This document shows, piece after piece, positions 28,149-39,000 of a DNA stretch of 64,000 bases. This DNA comes from Candidatus Multivoradales bacterium (lineage in GTDB: Bacteria > Acidobacteriota > Thermoanaerobaculia > Multivoradales > J023): assembly GCA_965248925.1 (NCBI GenBank), contig CBDFLE010000006.1, forward strand, positions 576,001 through 640,000, written 5' to 3'. The position numbers and the translations under genes were made by a program. Under the pieces are notes generated by a model. The model worked only from the letters and a program-made list of their open reading frames with translations. It was not told the origin of the DNA and searched no databases. Position 1 is the stretch's first letter. Every line of letters starts with the position of its first letter.

Positions 28149-29552
28149 TCAGCTGTGAATGCTGTGGCCAAAAGCAGCGTGAGCTGCTTCCATGACACCT
28201 TCGCTGAGGGTCGGATGGGCGTGCATGGTGCGGAAAAGCTCTTCGGTGGTCGATTCGACTTGCAAAGCCACACAAGCCTCGGCGATCAAGTCGGTGGCGT
28301 GGGCGCCAAGAATGTGAACGCCGAGCAGCTCATCATAGCGGGTGTCGCGAACGATCTTCACGAAACCCTCCGGATGGCCCAGAATCCCCGCCTTGCCAAG
28401 AGCGCTGAAAGGGAATTTACCCACCGCCACTTGATGGCCACGGCGCTCGGCCTCGGTCTCGGTCAAGCCAACGCTAGCCACTTCAGGGTGGCAGTAGGTG
28501 CAAGAAGGCACCCGGTCGTAGTCAATCGGCCGCACCTTCTCGCCGGCCATGTGCTCGGCCGCCAAGATGCCTTCGTGCGAGGCGACATGGGCCAGCCACG
28601 GGGTGTCTACCACATCGCCGATGGCATAGATCCCCGGCACGCTGGTCTGCATCTGAGCATTGATGCCGATGTAGCCACGCTCATCGACCTTGACCCCGGC
28701 GGCGGCCAGACCGATCGACGAACTCAGCGGCGCGCGGCCGGCGGCAACCAGCAAGGTGGCGACTTCGAGCTTGGCTTCTTCTCCCTCTTTGTCGAGAGTC
28801 AGCTCGAGACCGTTTTCGGTCGGCAGGATGCGCGCCAGCCGAGTGTTGGTGCGGCAATCGATACCGCGCTTGCCCAGCGCCCGCTCGAGCTCGGCAGAGA
28901 TCTCCTGGTCTTCGATCGGCAACACCTGCGGCAGCATCTCGATCAAAGTGACCTGCGAACCGAAGGAGTTGAATACCGAGGCGAACTCGGTACCCACCGC
29001 CCCAGCCCCAAGCACCGCCAGGCTCTCGGGCACCCGGTCGAAGGCGAGAATCTGATCAGAGTTGACAATGCGCTCGCCATCTACCGGCGCGAAGGGCAGC
29101 GCCCGAGGCACCGAGCCGGTGGCGATCAATACGTTCTTGGCTTGGTAGAGCATGGTCGAGTCAGTGCCTTCGACCTCGACTTCATGGGCTCCCACTAAGC
29201 GGCCAAAGCCGTGCAAACCATCGATCTTGTTCTTCTTGAACAGCAACTCGATGCCGCGAGCGTTCTTGTCGACCACCCGGCTCTTGTAAGCCTGAGCCTT
29301 GGGCAGGTCGAGCTGAGGCTCGCCCAACTCGACGCCAAACTGGGAAGCCTGGCGAGCAGCGTCGAGGGTGGCGGCGGTGTGCAACAGGGCCTTGGTGGGA
29401 ATGCAGCCGCGGTGCAAGCAAGTGCCGCCGAAGGCCGGGTCTTTCTCCACCACCGCGACCCGCAGGCCAAGTTGAGCGGCGCGAATCGCCGCCACGTAGC
29501 CACCCGGACCACTGCCGACGACTATCAAATCGTAGTTTTTGACTGAACTCAA
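28149..29552 (-). CDS. lpdA: Dihydrolipoyl dehydrogenase
   Basis: GSGPGG, GGTCLHRGCIP and HAHPTLSE motifs; TTG start after GGAG. Confidence 0.96.
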   Translation of the reverse strand: MSSVKNYDLIVVGSGPGGYVAAIRAAQLGLRVAVVEKDPAFGGTCLHRGCIPTKALLHTAATLDAARQASQFGVELGEPQLDLPKAQAYKSRVVDKNARGIELLFKKNKIDGLHGFGRLVGAHEVEVEGTDSTMLYQAKNVLIATGSVPRALPFAPVDGERIVNSDQILAFDRVPESLAVLGAGAVGTEFASVFNSFGSQVTLIEMLPQVLPIEDQEISAELERALGKRGIDCRTNTRLARILPTENGLELTLDKEGEEAKLEVATLLVAAGRAPLSSSIGLAAAGVKVDERGYIGINAQMQTSVPGIYAIGDVVDTPWLAHVASHEGILAAEHMAGEKVRPIDYDRVPSCTYCHPEVASVGLTETEAERRGHQVAVGKFPFSALGKAGILGHPEGFVKIVRDTRYDELLGVHILGAHATDLIAEACVALQVESTTEELFRTMHAHPTLSEGVMEAAHAAFGHSIHS

Positions 29553-29597
29553 CTGAGATTCTCCGCTAGGCCGCGCGACACGCGGCAATGGAACGGT

Positions 29598-30494
29598 TCA
29601 GGGGATGGCCTCGGCGATGGCTGGCGGCACTACTGATTGGTAGCGCCCCGGCTTGACCTGCCGCAATTTGCCGATCGGATGCTCGACCTCGTGGCAGAAG
29701 AAGCACCACCAATCTTCGGCCGCGGCGCGCGGCAACCAGCGTTCCTTGTTGGCCATGGTGTCGAGCGGATAAAGATCGAAGCCCATCACCCAGGGATAGG
29801 GCAAATGGGCGGTTGTCGGTACCAAGTCGGCCCAGAAGACGGCTTTGTTGACCTCACCAGCTGCCGCTTCACCACCGTCGAGCAGGACGATGCACATATC
29901 AGCATTGTGCCCCGGCGCGCGCACTGCCTCGACCCCCTCGATCGGCCGGGCGTGGTCGTCGAACAACTCAACTACCCCAGCCTCCAGCAGGGGCTCCCAG
30001 TTGCGGGCATCGTAGGAGGCCCGGTCGCGCGCATTGGGCTGCCGGGCATGGAGGAGTTCATCTCGCTGCAGCCAGTAGCGGGCGTTCGGAAAGGTCGGCC
30101 GCAGCTCACCGCCGATCTCTCGGGTGAGCCAGCCACAGTGATCGAAATGCAGGTGTGTGGGCAAAACGTGGGTGATATCGCCAAGTTCGTAGCCCGCCTG
30201 GCTGATCTGTTCAGGCAAGCGGACGGCGTCTGCCGGCATGCCGAATTGGTCGTAAAATCGCCGATCGTCGTGCTTGTCTCCGATGCCGGCATCGATCAAC
30301 AACAAGTCCTGGCCACGCTCCACCAGCAGGCAGTTGGTGGTCATGGCGATCCGGTTTCGCGAGTCAGCAGGTTTTTGGCGCTCCCACAGCACCCGCGGGA
30401 CAACGCCGAACATGGCGCCGCCATCGAGCCTGAAGCCGCCATCGTCGACGAGCTGCAAGCGGAGGTCTCCGAGCTGGATCGCTGGCTGATTCAC
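29598..30494 (-). CDS. MBL-fold metallo-hydrolase (YtnP-like)
   Basis: LDGGAMFGVVP, THLHFDH and PGH motifs. Confidence 0.9.
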   Translation of the reverse strand: MNQPAIQLGDLRLQLVDDGGFRLDGGAMFGVVPRVLWERQKPADSRNRIAMTTNCLLVERGQDLLLIDAGIGDKHDDRRFYDQFGMPADAVRLPEQISQAGYELGDITHVLPTHLHFDHCGWLTREIGGELRPTFPNARYWLQRDELLHARQPNARDRASYDARNWEPLLEAGVVELFDDHARPIEGVEAVRAPGHNADMCIVLLDGGEAAAGEVNKAVFWADLVPTTAHLPYPWVMGFDLYPLDTMANKERWLPRAAAEDWWCFFCHEVEHPIGKLRQVKPGRYQSVVPPAIAEAIP

Positions 30495-30687
30495 GACTCT
30501 TGATAGATCTGGGAGTAGGTCGGGTCGAGGCGGTCGATCCGACCGTTGAGCGAGCTGAGGCAGGATAGCATGACTAGCCATTGATCACGACCGGCAGACC
30601 GCGCCAGAACCCGCTAGAATCCCCCCCGTCGGCGAGGCTGCGAAGCCTTGCTCAGCCTTCTGCGACCGCGATTTCCGGAGGAAAACC

Positions 30688-31731
30688 ATGTCACTCGATA
30701 GCCTGCAAGATGTCGCCCGCGCCTTGGTTGCGCCCGGCAAGGGAATCCTCGCTGCCGACGAGAGCAGCGGCACGATCAAGAAGCGTTTCGATTCGATCAA
30801 CCTGGAGTCCACCGCGGCAACCCGGCGCGCCTACCGCGATCTGCTCTTCACCGCCGCCGAGGTCGATAACTACTTCAGCGGGGTGATTCTCTTCGACGAA
30901 ACTCTGCGCCAAGACTCACTCGCCGGCAAGTCCTTTCCCCGCCTGCTGACCGAGCGCGGCATCCTGCCCGGCATCAAAGTCGATATGGGCGCCAAGGCCC
31001 TCGCCGGAGCGGCGGGCGAAAAAGTCACCGAGGGCCTCGACGGCCTGCGTGAACGTTGTGCCGAATACCGCTCGTTGGGTGCCCGCTTCGCCAAGTGGCG
31101 GGCGGTAATCACCATCGGCGGGGACAAGCAGGGAAAAACCATCCCCAGCGACTACTGCCTGGAAGCCAATGCCCACTCCCTGGCGCGCTACGCCGCGCTG
31201 TCGCTGGAACAGGACCTGGTACCGATCGTCGAGCCCGAGGTGTTGATGGACGGCGGCCACAGCATCGAGCGCTGCGAAGAAGTCACCGAGCGCATTCTGG
31301 CGCGGGTGTTCGCGGCACTGCGCCAGCAGCGGGTGCCCCTGGAGCAGATTCTGCTGAAACCCAACATGGTCCTTTCCGGCAGTGATTGTCCGCGGCAAGC
31401 CAACGTCGCCCAGGTCGCCGAGGCCACGGTGCGCTGTTTCCGCCGCCACGTGCCGGCAGCGGTAGCAGGCATCGTCTTCCTCTCAGGCGGCCAGCCGGAC
31501 ATTGTCGCCACCGCTCATCTGGGCGAGATGAACCGCCGCTTCGAGCTGCCCTGGGAGCTGAGCTTCTCCTACGGCCGAGCCCTGCAAGCCCCGGCCCTGG
31601 CAGCCTGGCAAGGCCAGCCAGAGAAGGTTGCCGAGGCGCAACAGGCCCTGCAACATCGCGCCAAGCTCAATAGCGCCGCCCGCGCCGGCAGCTACAGCGA
31701 AACCATGGAGACCGCGGCAGCGGCTTCCTAA
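30688..31731 (+). CDS. Class I fructose-bisphosphate aldolase
   Basis: GILAADES, FAKWR, PIVEPEV, LLKPNM, FLSGGQ and FSYGRALQ motifs. Confidence 0.96.
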   Translation: MSLDSLQDVARALVAPGKGILAADESSGTIKKRFDSINLESTAATRRAYRDLLFTAAEVDNYFSGVILFDETLRQDSLAGKSFPRLLTERGILPGIKVDMGAKALAGAAGEKVTEGLDGLRERCAEYRSLGARFAKWRAVITIGGDKQGKTIPSDYCLEANAHSLARYAALSLEQDLVPIVEPEVLMDGGHSIERCEEVTERILARVFAALRQQRVPLEQILLKPNMVLSGSDCPRQANVAQVAEATVRCFRRHVPAAVAGIVFLSGGQPDIVATAHLGEMNRRFELPWELSFSYGRALQAPALAAWQGQPEKVAEAQQALQHRAKLNSAARAGSYSETMETAAAAS

Positions 31732-31775
31732 AAAAACTGCACTTGACGACAGCCAACCCGACGAGATCCAGGGCC

Positions 31776-33044
31776 ATGAACTCCACCCACCTCAAGCACT
31801 ACGCCCGCCTGCTGGTCGAGCACGGCGCTGGCGTGCGCGCCGACCAGGAGGTCTTTGTTCATGGCGAGCGCATCCACCGCGATCTAGCGCTACACGTCGG
31901 CGAAGCGGCCTATGACCTCGGCGCCCGGGCGGTGAACTATTGGTTCAAGGATCCCCTGGTATCCGCGCAGCGTATTCGCCGTGGCCAAATGGAGAGGATC
32001 GAACTCGGCCACCAAGCCGAGCGCCAGTGGTTTGGCCGGATACTCGCCAGCCGCGGTGCGTTGATCTCCCTGCGCGGCGACGAATACCCGGACCTGCTGG
32101 CGGAAGTAGCCCGCAGCCATGCGGCCGCACATGAGGTCTACACCCGCGGCCAGCGCTCGGTGGCGGTCGCCTTCCACCACCATGGCATCAACCGCAGCCT
32201 GTGCCCGTGGGTGGTGGCTGGAGCACCGACCGCGGCTTGGGCCGCCAAGGTCCGACCGGCCCTGGACAAAAATCCAGCCGCCGCCCTCGACCGGCTGACA
32301 GAGCTGATTTTCCGTTTCACCTTCGCCGACCGCGACGACGCCTTGCAGCTGGCCGCTGAGCGCGATCGCCAGCTGCACGCTCGCCGCCGATTGCTGGATG
32401 AGCTGGCGATCGAGGAATTGCGCGTCCTTGGCGGCGGCAGCGATCTGCGAGTTTGCCTGACCCCCCAGGCGCGCTGGCTCGGCGGCAGCAAGCAGACCAC
32501 CGACGGGCAGACCTTCAACGCCAACCTACCCAGCCTGGAGAACTACACCACTCCCGACCACCGACTGACCCAAGGTCGGCTGGCCGCCACCATGCCATTT
32601 CGCACCAAGAGTGGCGTCTTGGTCGAAGGTCTGGTGCTGGAATTCGAGGACGGCCGGGTGAGTTCATTCACCGCCAGCCGCGGCAGCGAAGGATTCGCCC
32701 GCTGGATCGATAGCGACCTAGGCGCGCGCCAGCTCGGCGAGTTCGCCTTGGTGGGCAACGACTCACCGATCGCCCAGAGTGGCCTGTTCTTCGAGCACAC
32801 TCTCTTGGATGAAAACGCCTGGTCCCATGTGGCCCTGGGCAAAGCCTACGCCAATGGGCTGCGCGACGGCGCTCGAATGAGCTTGGCCCAGCTCCGCCAG
32901 CTGGGCTGCAACGAGTCGGTCATCCACACCGACATCATGTTCGGCTCCCCCGAAGTGTCGATCACCGCCAGCCGCAGTCGTCGCGGCGCGGTGCCGCTGA
33001 TCGTCCGCGGCCAGTGGGTCGAAGAACTTCGCCAGCCCAGTTGA
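31776..33044 (+). CDS. M29 family aminopeptidase
   Basis: NLPS.E, LGEFALV, LDENA..H.ALG and N.S.IHTD motifs. Confidence 0.9.
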   Translation: MNSTHLKHYARLLVEHGAGVRADQEVFVHGERIHRDLALHVGEAAYDLGARAVNYWFKDPLVSAQRIRRGQMERIELGHQAERQWFGRILASRGALISLRGDEYPDLLAEVARSHAAAHEVYTRGQRSVAVAFHHHGINRSLCPWVVAGAPTAAWAAKVRPALDKNPAAALDRLTELIFRFTFADRDDALQLAAERDRQLHARRRLLDELAIEELRVLGGGSDLRVCLTPQARWLGGSKQTTDGQTFNANLPSLENYTTPDHRLTQGRLAATMPFRTKSGVLVEGLVLEFEDGRVSSFTASRGSEGFARWIDSDLGARQLGEFALVGNDSPIAQSGLFFEHTLLDENAWSHVALGKAYANGLRDGARMSLAQLRQLGCNESVIHTDIMFGSPEVSITASRSRRGAVPLIVRGQWVEELRQPS

Positions 33045-33232
33045 TCTCTCCCCGTCCGCGGCCCACGGGCCTTGATATCCTCTCTCCTAAGCTAGATCTC
33101 TAATCGAACCGAGAGGCGGCATCTGCTTCCGCGGTGTCTGGCGTGGAGCGCGCCGGGGCCCTGGTAAGGCTGCACCAGCCCTGCCAGAGGAAGTCAGATG
33201 GCCGGACTTTCGGCAACCAAAGGGACCAAAAA

Positions 33233-33748
33233 ATGGGCACCGACCTGCTCGATTTTCTCGACTACAGCCCAATGTCTATCTACATGTGCCTGATGGCCGG
33301 CGCGCTGATCAACTACGGCCTGATCGCCAAACATTGGGTCTGGCCACGGATAAAGACCATGCCCCGCAAGGCGGCCCTGCAACCGCTGTTGCAACTCGAA
33401 GGCTTCCGCTACCTCGGTCTGTGCACGCTGGCGCCGAGCCAGGTGAGCGGCGAGCTGCCGCGGACCTGGGCTCATGCCACCGCCCTCGGCGATTTGACCT
33501 CGGCGGTCTTGGCATTGATCTCGCTCTACGGCCTGCGTGCTGGCTGGAAGAGGATCAACCTGTGGCTTTGGGCCTTCTTCCTGATCGGCAGTTACGATCT
33601 CATGCAGTCCTTCATCGTCGCTTTGCAGCTGAAGGTACCGGATCAAGCCGGCAGCATGATCTACATCATCTCGACCCTCTACGCACCGGCCGGCCTGATC
33701 ACCCTGGTGTTGATCGGCATGCTGCTCTGCGGCCGCGGCCAGCGCTAG
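33233..33748 (+). CDS. Hypothetical membrane protein (4-5 TM segments)
   Basis: Several hydrophobic segments; GDL motif in the third helix. Confidence 0.65.
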   Translation: MGTDLLDFLDYSPMSIYMCLMAGALINYGLIAKHWVWPRIKTMPRKAALQPLLQLEGFRYLGLCTLAPSQVSGELPRTWAHATALGDLTSAVLALISLYGLRAGWKRINLWLWAFFLIGSYDLMQSFIVALQLKVPDQAGSMIYIISTLYAPAGLITLVLIGMLLCGRGQR

Positions 33749-35976
33749 TTGAAGCGTAGGGCAAAGTCGACGCCGTAGGTGCGCGGGTCGCCGATGACCA
33801 GGGCGTCGAAACCAAAGTCGGCGGCGCTGAAAGAATTGGCGACGTAGACCTCGTCCGCCAAGTTCTTGCCCCACAGAGCCACCGACCAACGGCCGGCGCC
33901 GGCAGCATCGAAAGCCAGCCGGCCGTTCCACAGGCTGTGGGCGGCGCTGGCCAGGCGCTGGAGGTTGGCCGGATCCAAGAAACGGTCGTCGGCATAACTA
34001 AAATCGGCGAAGGCGCGCAGCGTGCCACGCTCACCGAGCGGTGTGGAGTAACCGACGCGGCCGTTCGCGCTCCATTCGGGAGCAGCAATCAGGCGATTGC
34101 CGGAAAAATCGAGACCGTCGGCGCGGACATAGCTCTGGTACTCGGCATCGAGCCAACCGAGGCCGAGGCGTAGATCTAGCCCCGCCGCTGGCCGCGCCTC
34201 AAGTTCGAATTCGACCCCGGCGACGCGAGCGTCCGAAGCATTGTCCAGCACCTCCACCGGCAAGCCGCCAGTGGCGTCGATATCGAACACCTGTAGATCC
34301 GTATAGTCGTAATAGAAAGCTGAGGCGGCCAAGCGCAGCCGGCGCTCTAGCAACTCGGAGCGCCAGCCAAACTCATAGCTGGTAACAAACTCCGGCTCGA
34401 CCGGGGTCGCCTCCGCCGCCAAGAAACGGGCACCACCATTGAACCCACCACTCTTGAAACCGCGACTGAGCGAACCCCAAACCAGCAGACCCGGCCGCGG
34501 CTGCCACGATAGACCAAGATCGCCGGAAAACTCAGACGCATCGATCTGGCGCTCCAAACCAACGATCGCCGGCACCTCGAAGAGAGGCTCGACAAAGGCG
34601 GTATCGAGCCGCAGCTCTTTCTCTTCGCGAGAAAAACGAGCTCCACCGCGCACCGTCAGATGATCCGCCAAGCGGTAGGTGAGCTGCCCGAACGGCGCCC
34701 AGCTGGTAGTTTCCTGGTCGTAGACTTGGCGAAAACCAAAAGGGCTGAACGGTGGATTGAAAGGGATCCCGAAGGGCCGCAAGGAGCCCAGCACATCAAA
34801 GAAATTCTCTACCTCGAGACTCTCGTCAAAGTAAAACAGGCCGGCGATCCAATCAAGATCACCGCCGCTCTTGGAGGTCAGGCGAAACTCTTGTGAAAAC
34901 TGTTCTGAGTCGTTCGACCAATCGCTGTGCAGCAGAGCATTGGGACTCGCGTCGGTGTCTTCAAGCACCAGTCGATCGGCTTCGCGCCAGGCGCTGATCG
35001 AAGTCAGATCAAAGCTAGAACCGGCGTGAATCACGGTCATCGAAGCGCCCCGGGTATTAACATCGGTGCGGGTCGGTCGATCATAAGAACCGGTGAAGGG
35101 ATCGGGGCTTTCGACATATCCCAAGGCATCGGCACCGCCGAACAACCCCTGGCTTTGGTATTGCCTTGCCGCCGACCGGTTGGCCCCGCCATCGACCGCC
35201 CAGCGCAGCGACAGTCGGTCGTTGGGCAACCACCTCAGCTGTAAGCGGGCGGCGCGGGCATCGAGGTCGTTCTCGTCGTTGCCATTGAGCAGGTTGCGAG
35301 TAATGCCGTCGCGCTGGCGTAGATTGGCCGCTAGCCGCACCGCGACGCGCCCCTCGGCGCTGGCCATCTCGGCACCGCCCTCCACATCGAGCTGATCGAA
35401 CCGCCCCCAACCGAGGCGCAAACGCCCCCCGTTCTGCCCGCTCGGCTTACGGGTCACCAATTGCACCGCGCCGCCGGTGGTGTTCTTGCCAAACAACGTA
35501 CCTTGCGGACCGCGCAGCACTTCGATCCGTTCGAGATCGAAAAACTCCAAAACCTGACCGGTGGGCGAACTCAGATAAACCTCGTCAGCGTAGAAACCCA
35601 CCGCACTACTGGTATTGGAATTGAAGTCGTTGAGACCCACGCCACGCAGAAAGATCATCGGATTCGAGGCAGCGAAACTCTGTTTGATCTCCAGGTGAGT
35701 GGTCTGGGCGGCAATCTCACTACTGCTGTTGAGGCGCAGAGACTCGAGATCCTCGGCACTCAACACGCTCAAGGACATCGGCACATCCCGCAAACTCGCT
35801 TGCCGTTTTTGCGCGGTGACGGTGATCTCGCCACCGACCACCGCCGCGGGCGGCGCGGAGACTGTCTGGGAATTCTCATTGGCCGGCTCCTGATCAGCCT
35901 TCAGCTGCTGGCCCGAGGCTGCCGGCGCCATGCTCAGAATACAGATCAAACAGGCTACTTGGGTGAGCTGCTGCAT
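33745..35976 (-). CDS. TonB-dependent receptor
   Basis: ITVTAQKR, plug IEVLRGPQGTLFG.N..GG, terminal PRTYG.....F. Confidence 0.95.
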   Translation of the reverse strand: MQQLTQVACLICILSMAPAASGQQLKADQEPANENSQTVSAPPAAVVGGEITVTAQKRQASLRDVPMSLSVLSAEDLESLRLNSSSEIAAQTTHLEIKQSFAASNPMIFLRGVGLNDFNSNTSSAVGFYADEVYLSSPTGQVLEFFDLERIEVLRGPQGTLFGKNTTGGAVQLVTRKPSGQNGGRLRLGWGRFDQLDVEGGAEMASAEGRVAVRLAANLRQRDGITRNLLNGNDENDLDARAARLQLRWLPNDRLSLRWAVDGGANRSAARQYQSQGLFGGADALGYVESPDPFTGSYDRPTRTDVNTRGASMTVIHAGSSFDLTSISAWREADRLVLEDTDASPNALLHSDWSNDSEQFSQEFRLTSKSGGDLDWIAGLFYFDESLEVENFFDVLGSLRPFGIPFNPPFSPFGFRQVYDQETTSWAPFGQLTYRLADHLTVRGGARFSREEKELRLDTAFVEPLFEVPAIVGLERQIDASEFSGDLGLSWQPRPGLLVWGSLSRGFKSGGFNGGARFLAAEATPVEPEFVTSYEFGWRSELLERRLRLAASAFYYDYTDLQVFDIDATGGLPVEVLDNASDARVAGVEFELEARPAAGLDLRLGLGWLDAEYQSYVRADGLDFSGNRLIAAPEWSANGRVGYSTPLGERGTLRAFADFSYADDRFLDPANLQRLASAAHSLWNGRLAFDAAGAGRWSVALWGKNLADEVYVANSFSAADFGFDALVIGDPRTYGVDFALRFN

Positions 35977-36095
35977 GTCATAAGACCCCGTGTCATCGCG
36001 TGGCGGGTCGCCTCGATCACTGCGGGCCACGGTTAACAAGTAAAACCAATAGAAGATGAGAGTAGCGAGGAAATACCGACCAAACTGTAGCACGA

Positions 36096-39000
36096 TCAGC
36101 CGGCTAAAGCATCCAGCGCGGAGAGCTCACCTGCTGCTCCCAACTCAGCAAATATTCGCCGCGCCGCGTCGAGATGGTAAGCACGCCGCGAGCCGTCCGC
36201 GCTGAGGCGACGTCCAAGTTCAGCGTGCGCCCGAGCTTGCTCAAAAGGCATCTTCAACTCTTCAGCCTCCACCAAACTACGGCGCAGCAGCCGCAGAGCT
36301 CGCCGCTGGCGACCCCCCAGCCAGGCTACCCTACCGGCGAAAAGACGGGCCGCTGGCCGGCCGATGGGGAAAACCCAGCTGAAGGTGCGCAGCCGGCCGG
36401 CCATCTCCCGCACCCGCTGCCCGAGCTCCGCTCGCTCCGGCGCCGCGTTGGCCACCGCCTCAGCCCACAACTCGAGATAGACTTCGGCGCATCCTTGATA
36501 TCCCCACAAGGTCGAGAACACGGTGGGGGGCGAGGTCCTGGCGATGTGCTCCCGCGCCACCTCGGCCGCGGCGCGGGCCGCGTCCAGCTGCCCCAGCTGC
36601 CAGCGCGCCAGGGCCAACTGACCATGGGCAATCACCTGGGTCCAGCCGTCAGGGCTGTCGGCCGCTAGTGATATCACCTCTTCACAGAACTCGGCGGCGG
36701 CCTGGGCATCGCCGCTACGCAGGGTCGCCACCGCCAAATAATTTCGGCTCCAGGCACGGCGCAAGCGATTGTCCAAACGCTGAAAAGTCTCATAAAGAGA
36801 CTCGCAGAGTTCGACGGCACGCCGTTGGCTGCCCTCCAAGATCAAGGACGCGGCCAGCACCGAAGCGGTATCACCCCACAGGCGGTGGGCACCGAGGCGC
36901 TGAAAGATCCGCTGACCTTTGTCCAGTCGCAGGCGCACCTCCTGCCACTGGCCGACACCAACCTTGTAGAGGCCAATCATCAGCTGCACCTGCGCCTGGG
37001 TCGTCTGATGGTCGACCTTGCTCGCCATGCGATCCGCCAAACGCCGATAGAGTTCCGCCAAACGGTGCAGCGACAGCATCCCGACCAAAGTACAGATAGT
37101 GCTGTAACCCACCGCCAGCCGCTCCGCTGAGTTGGCGGCGCGCTCGGCGGCGTTAAGGCAAGAGAAACCACAGTGGAAAGCCGCCAGCGATTCGGTGTTC
37201 AGGTATGCGACTTCGGCGAGATCGTGATAATGCCCGGCCAATTGCAGGAGATCTTCGCGCCGGGCCTGCGAACGCGGAACGACAGCGCCGCCGGGCCGCA
37301 AGCGATGCACCAGCTGCCTCCCCAGCTGGCCAAACAGAGCCAACACCCGGCTGCCCTTACCCTCGGCCACTCGCTCGCCTAGCAGCTCAATCGCCGCGTG
37401 GTAATGCTCTTTCGCTTTGGCCAGCCGGCCAAGGCCGAAAAACGCCTGCCCGGCACCGCCGTGCCATTCCGACTTCTTACTCGGGCTGGTCGTCGAGGCA
37501 CCCAGCGAGAGCCTCTCTTCGAACTCCAGAATCTGCTCGAAGAAACCCGCCGCTTCGGGGTTGGCAAAGTTTCGTAGCGCTTCGGCCGCGGCTTGCTCGA
37601 GACACGCCACGGCTTTCGCCACGAGTTCTTGAGGCGGCTGGCGCACCTCCTCGAGGGTCTTGGTCCAATGGTGGGCCAGCAAGGGATAGATCCCCGCCGC
37701 CCCAGCCTCGTGGTGGGCCTCATACCATTCCGCCACCCGCTGATGCAGCTCGCGGCGTTGGGCGAAGAGCATCATGTTGTAAGCCACTTCCTGGGTGATG
37801 GCGTGCTTGAAGATGTAACTCAGATCAGGTTCTGGGGTCTCCAAATGGGTCAGGTCGAGGCGCTGCAAACAATCCAGCGAAGCACGCAAAAGATGCCGCG
37901 TTTCGACGCTCGGATAGACCTCGTAAAGGGGTTGGTGAAAGAACACTCGGCCGAGCACGCTGGCCACCTTGACGGTCAACTGCTGCTCGGGACGCAGTCG
38001 GTCGATACGACCGGTGACCACCCCCTCGATAGTGTCTGGAAACTGAGTCTGCGCCAAGTCGGTCACGCCAGGAGCCAGCTTGCAATGCCCGTCGTCGATG
38101 CGGATCAAATCAGCATCGCGCAGAGCATTGGCCAGCTCTTCGCTGAAGAACGGGTTGCCCTCCGCCTTGTCGCTGATCAAGCGTGCCACGGGCTCCGGCA
38201 AACCGCTGACTCCGAGCCGCCGACAGACCAGCAGCAAGGACTCCTGGCGCGACATGCTGCCAAGCAGCAAATGCTCGCCCGACTCGATTTGCTGGCGCAG
38301 CTCAGACGGCGCGGCATCGCCCATCGGCCGGGTCGCCAGCACCAACAGCCAGCGCCCGGGCGAACGCGCCAGCTGAGCGATCAAAGCCCACGACGCCGAG
38401 TCGGCCCAATGCAGGTCATCGAGCACCAGCAGCCGCGGCCGCAGCGCGGCGGCCTGCTCGACAATCGCCCGCAACAGCCGATGGGTGTTATCCGCCCGCA
38501 CCTGGCCGCTGAGCTGCGATGTGAATTCGTTATCGGGCAGATCTAGGGCCAGCAAGGGGCCGAGCAGCGGCCCGAGCTGCGCTTGCCGATCGTCGAGCCG
38601 CGCGCTGAGCCAGCTGTCGATAGCCGCTGGCGAAAGGTCGCCGCTGTGCTCAGCCCCGAGCAAGGTGGTGAAGATAGACCGCCACACGAAGTAAGCCGTG
38701 GCGCTCTCGACCGCATCCGCGATTCCGACATGGACCTCCAGCGGTTCCTCGGCGGTGCGGCAGCCGCGCAGCAGTTCCTGCAACAAACGTGACTTACCGA
38801 TCCCCGCCTCGCCTTCGACAACCACCACCCCGGCTTGCCCCCGGAGCAGCCTGGCAAGTGCTTCACGGAGCACCCCCCGCTCTTTTTGCCGGCCGACGAT
38901 CGCCCCATCGGCCGCGGCTTCAATCGCCCGCGACGCCGACCGACGGTCGGGGCGGAGTTCAAAAATGGGCATCGGCTCGCGCTTGCCCTTGGCCTTGAAG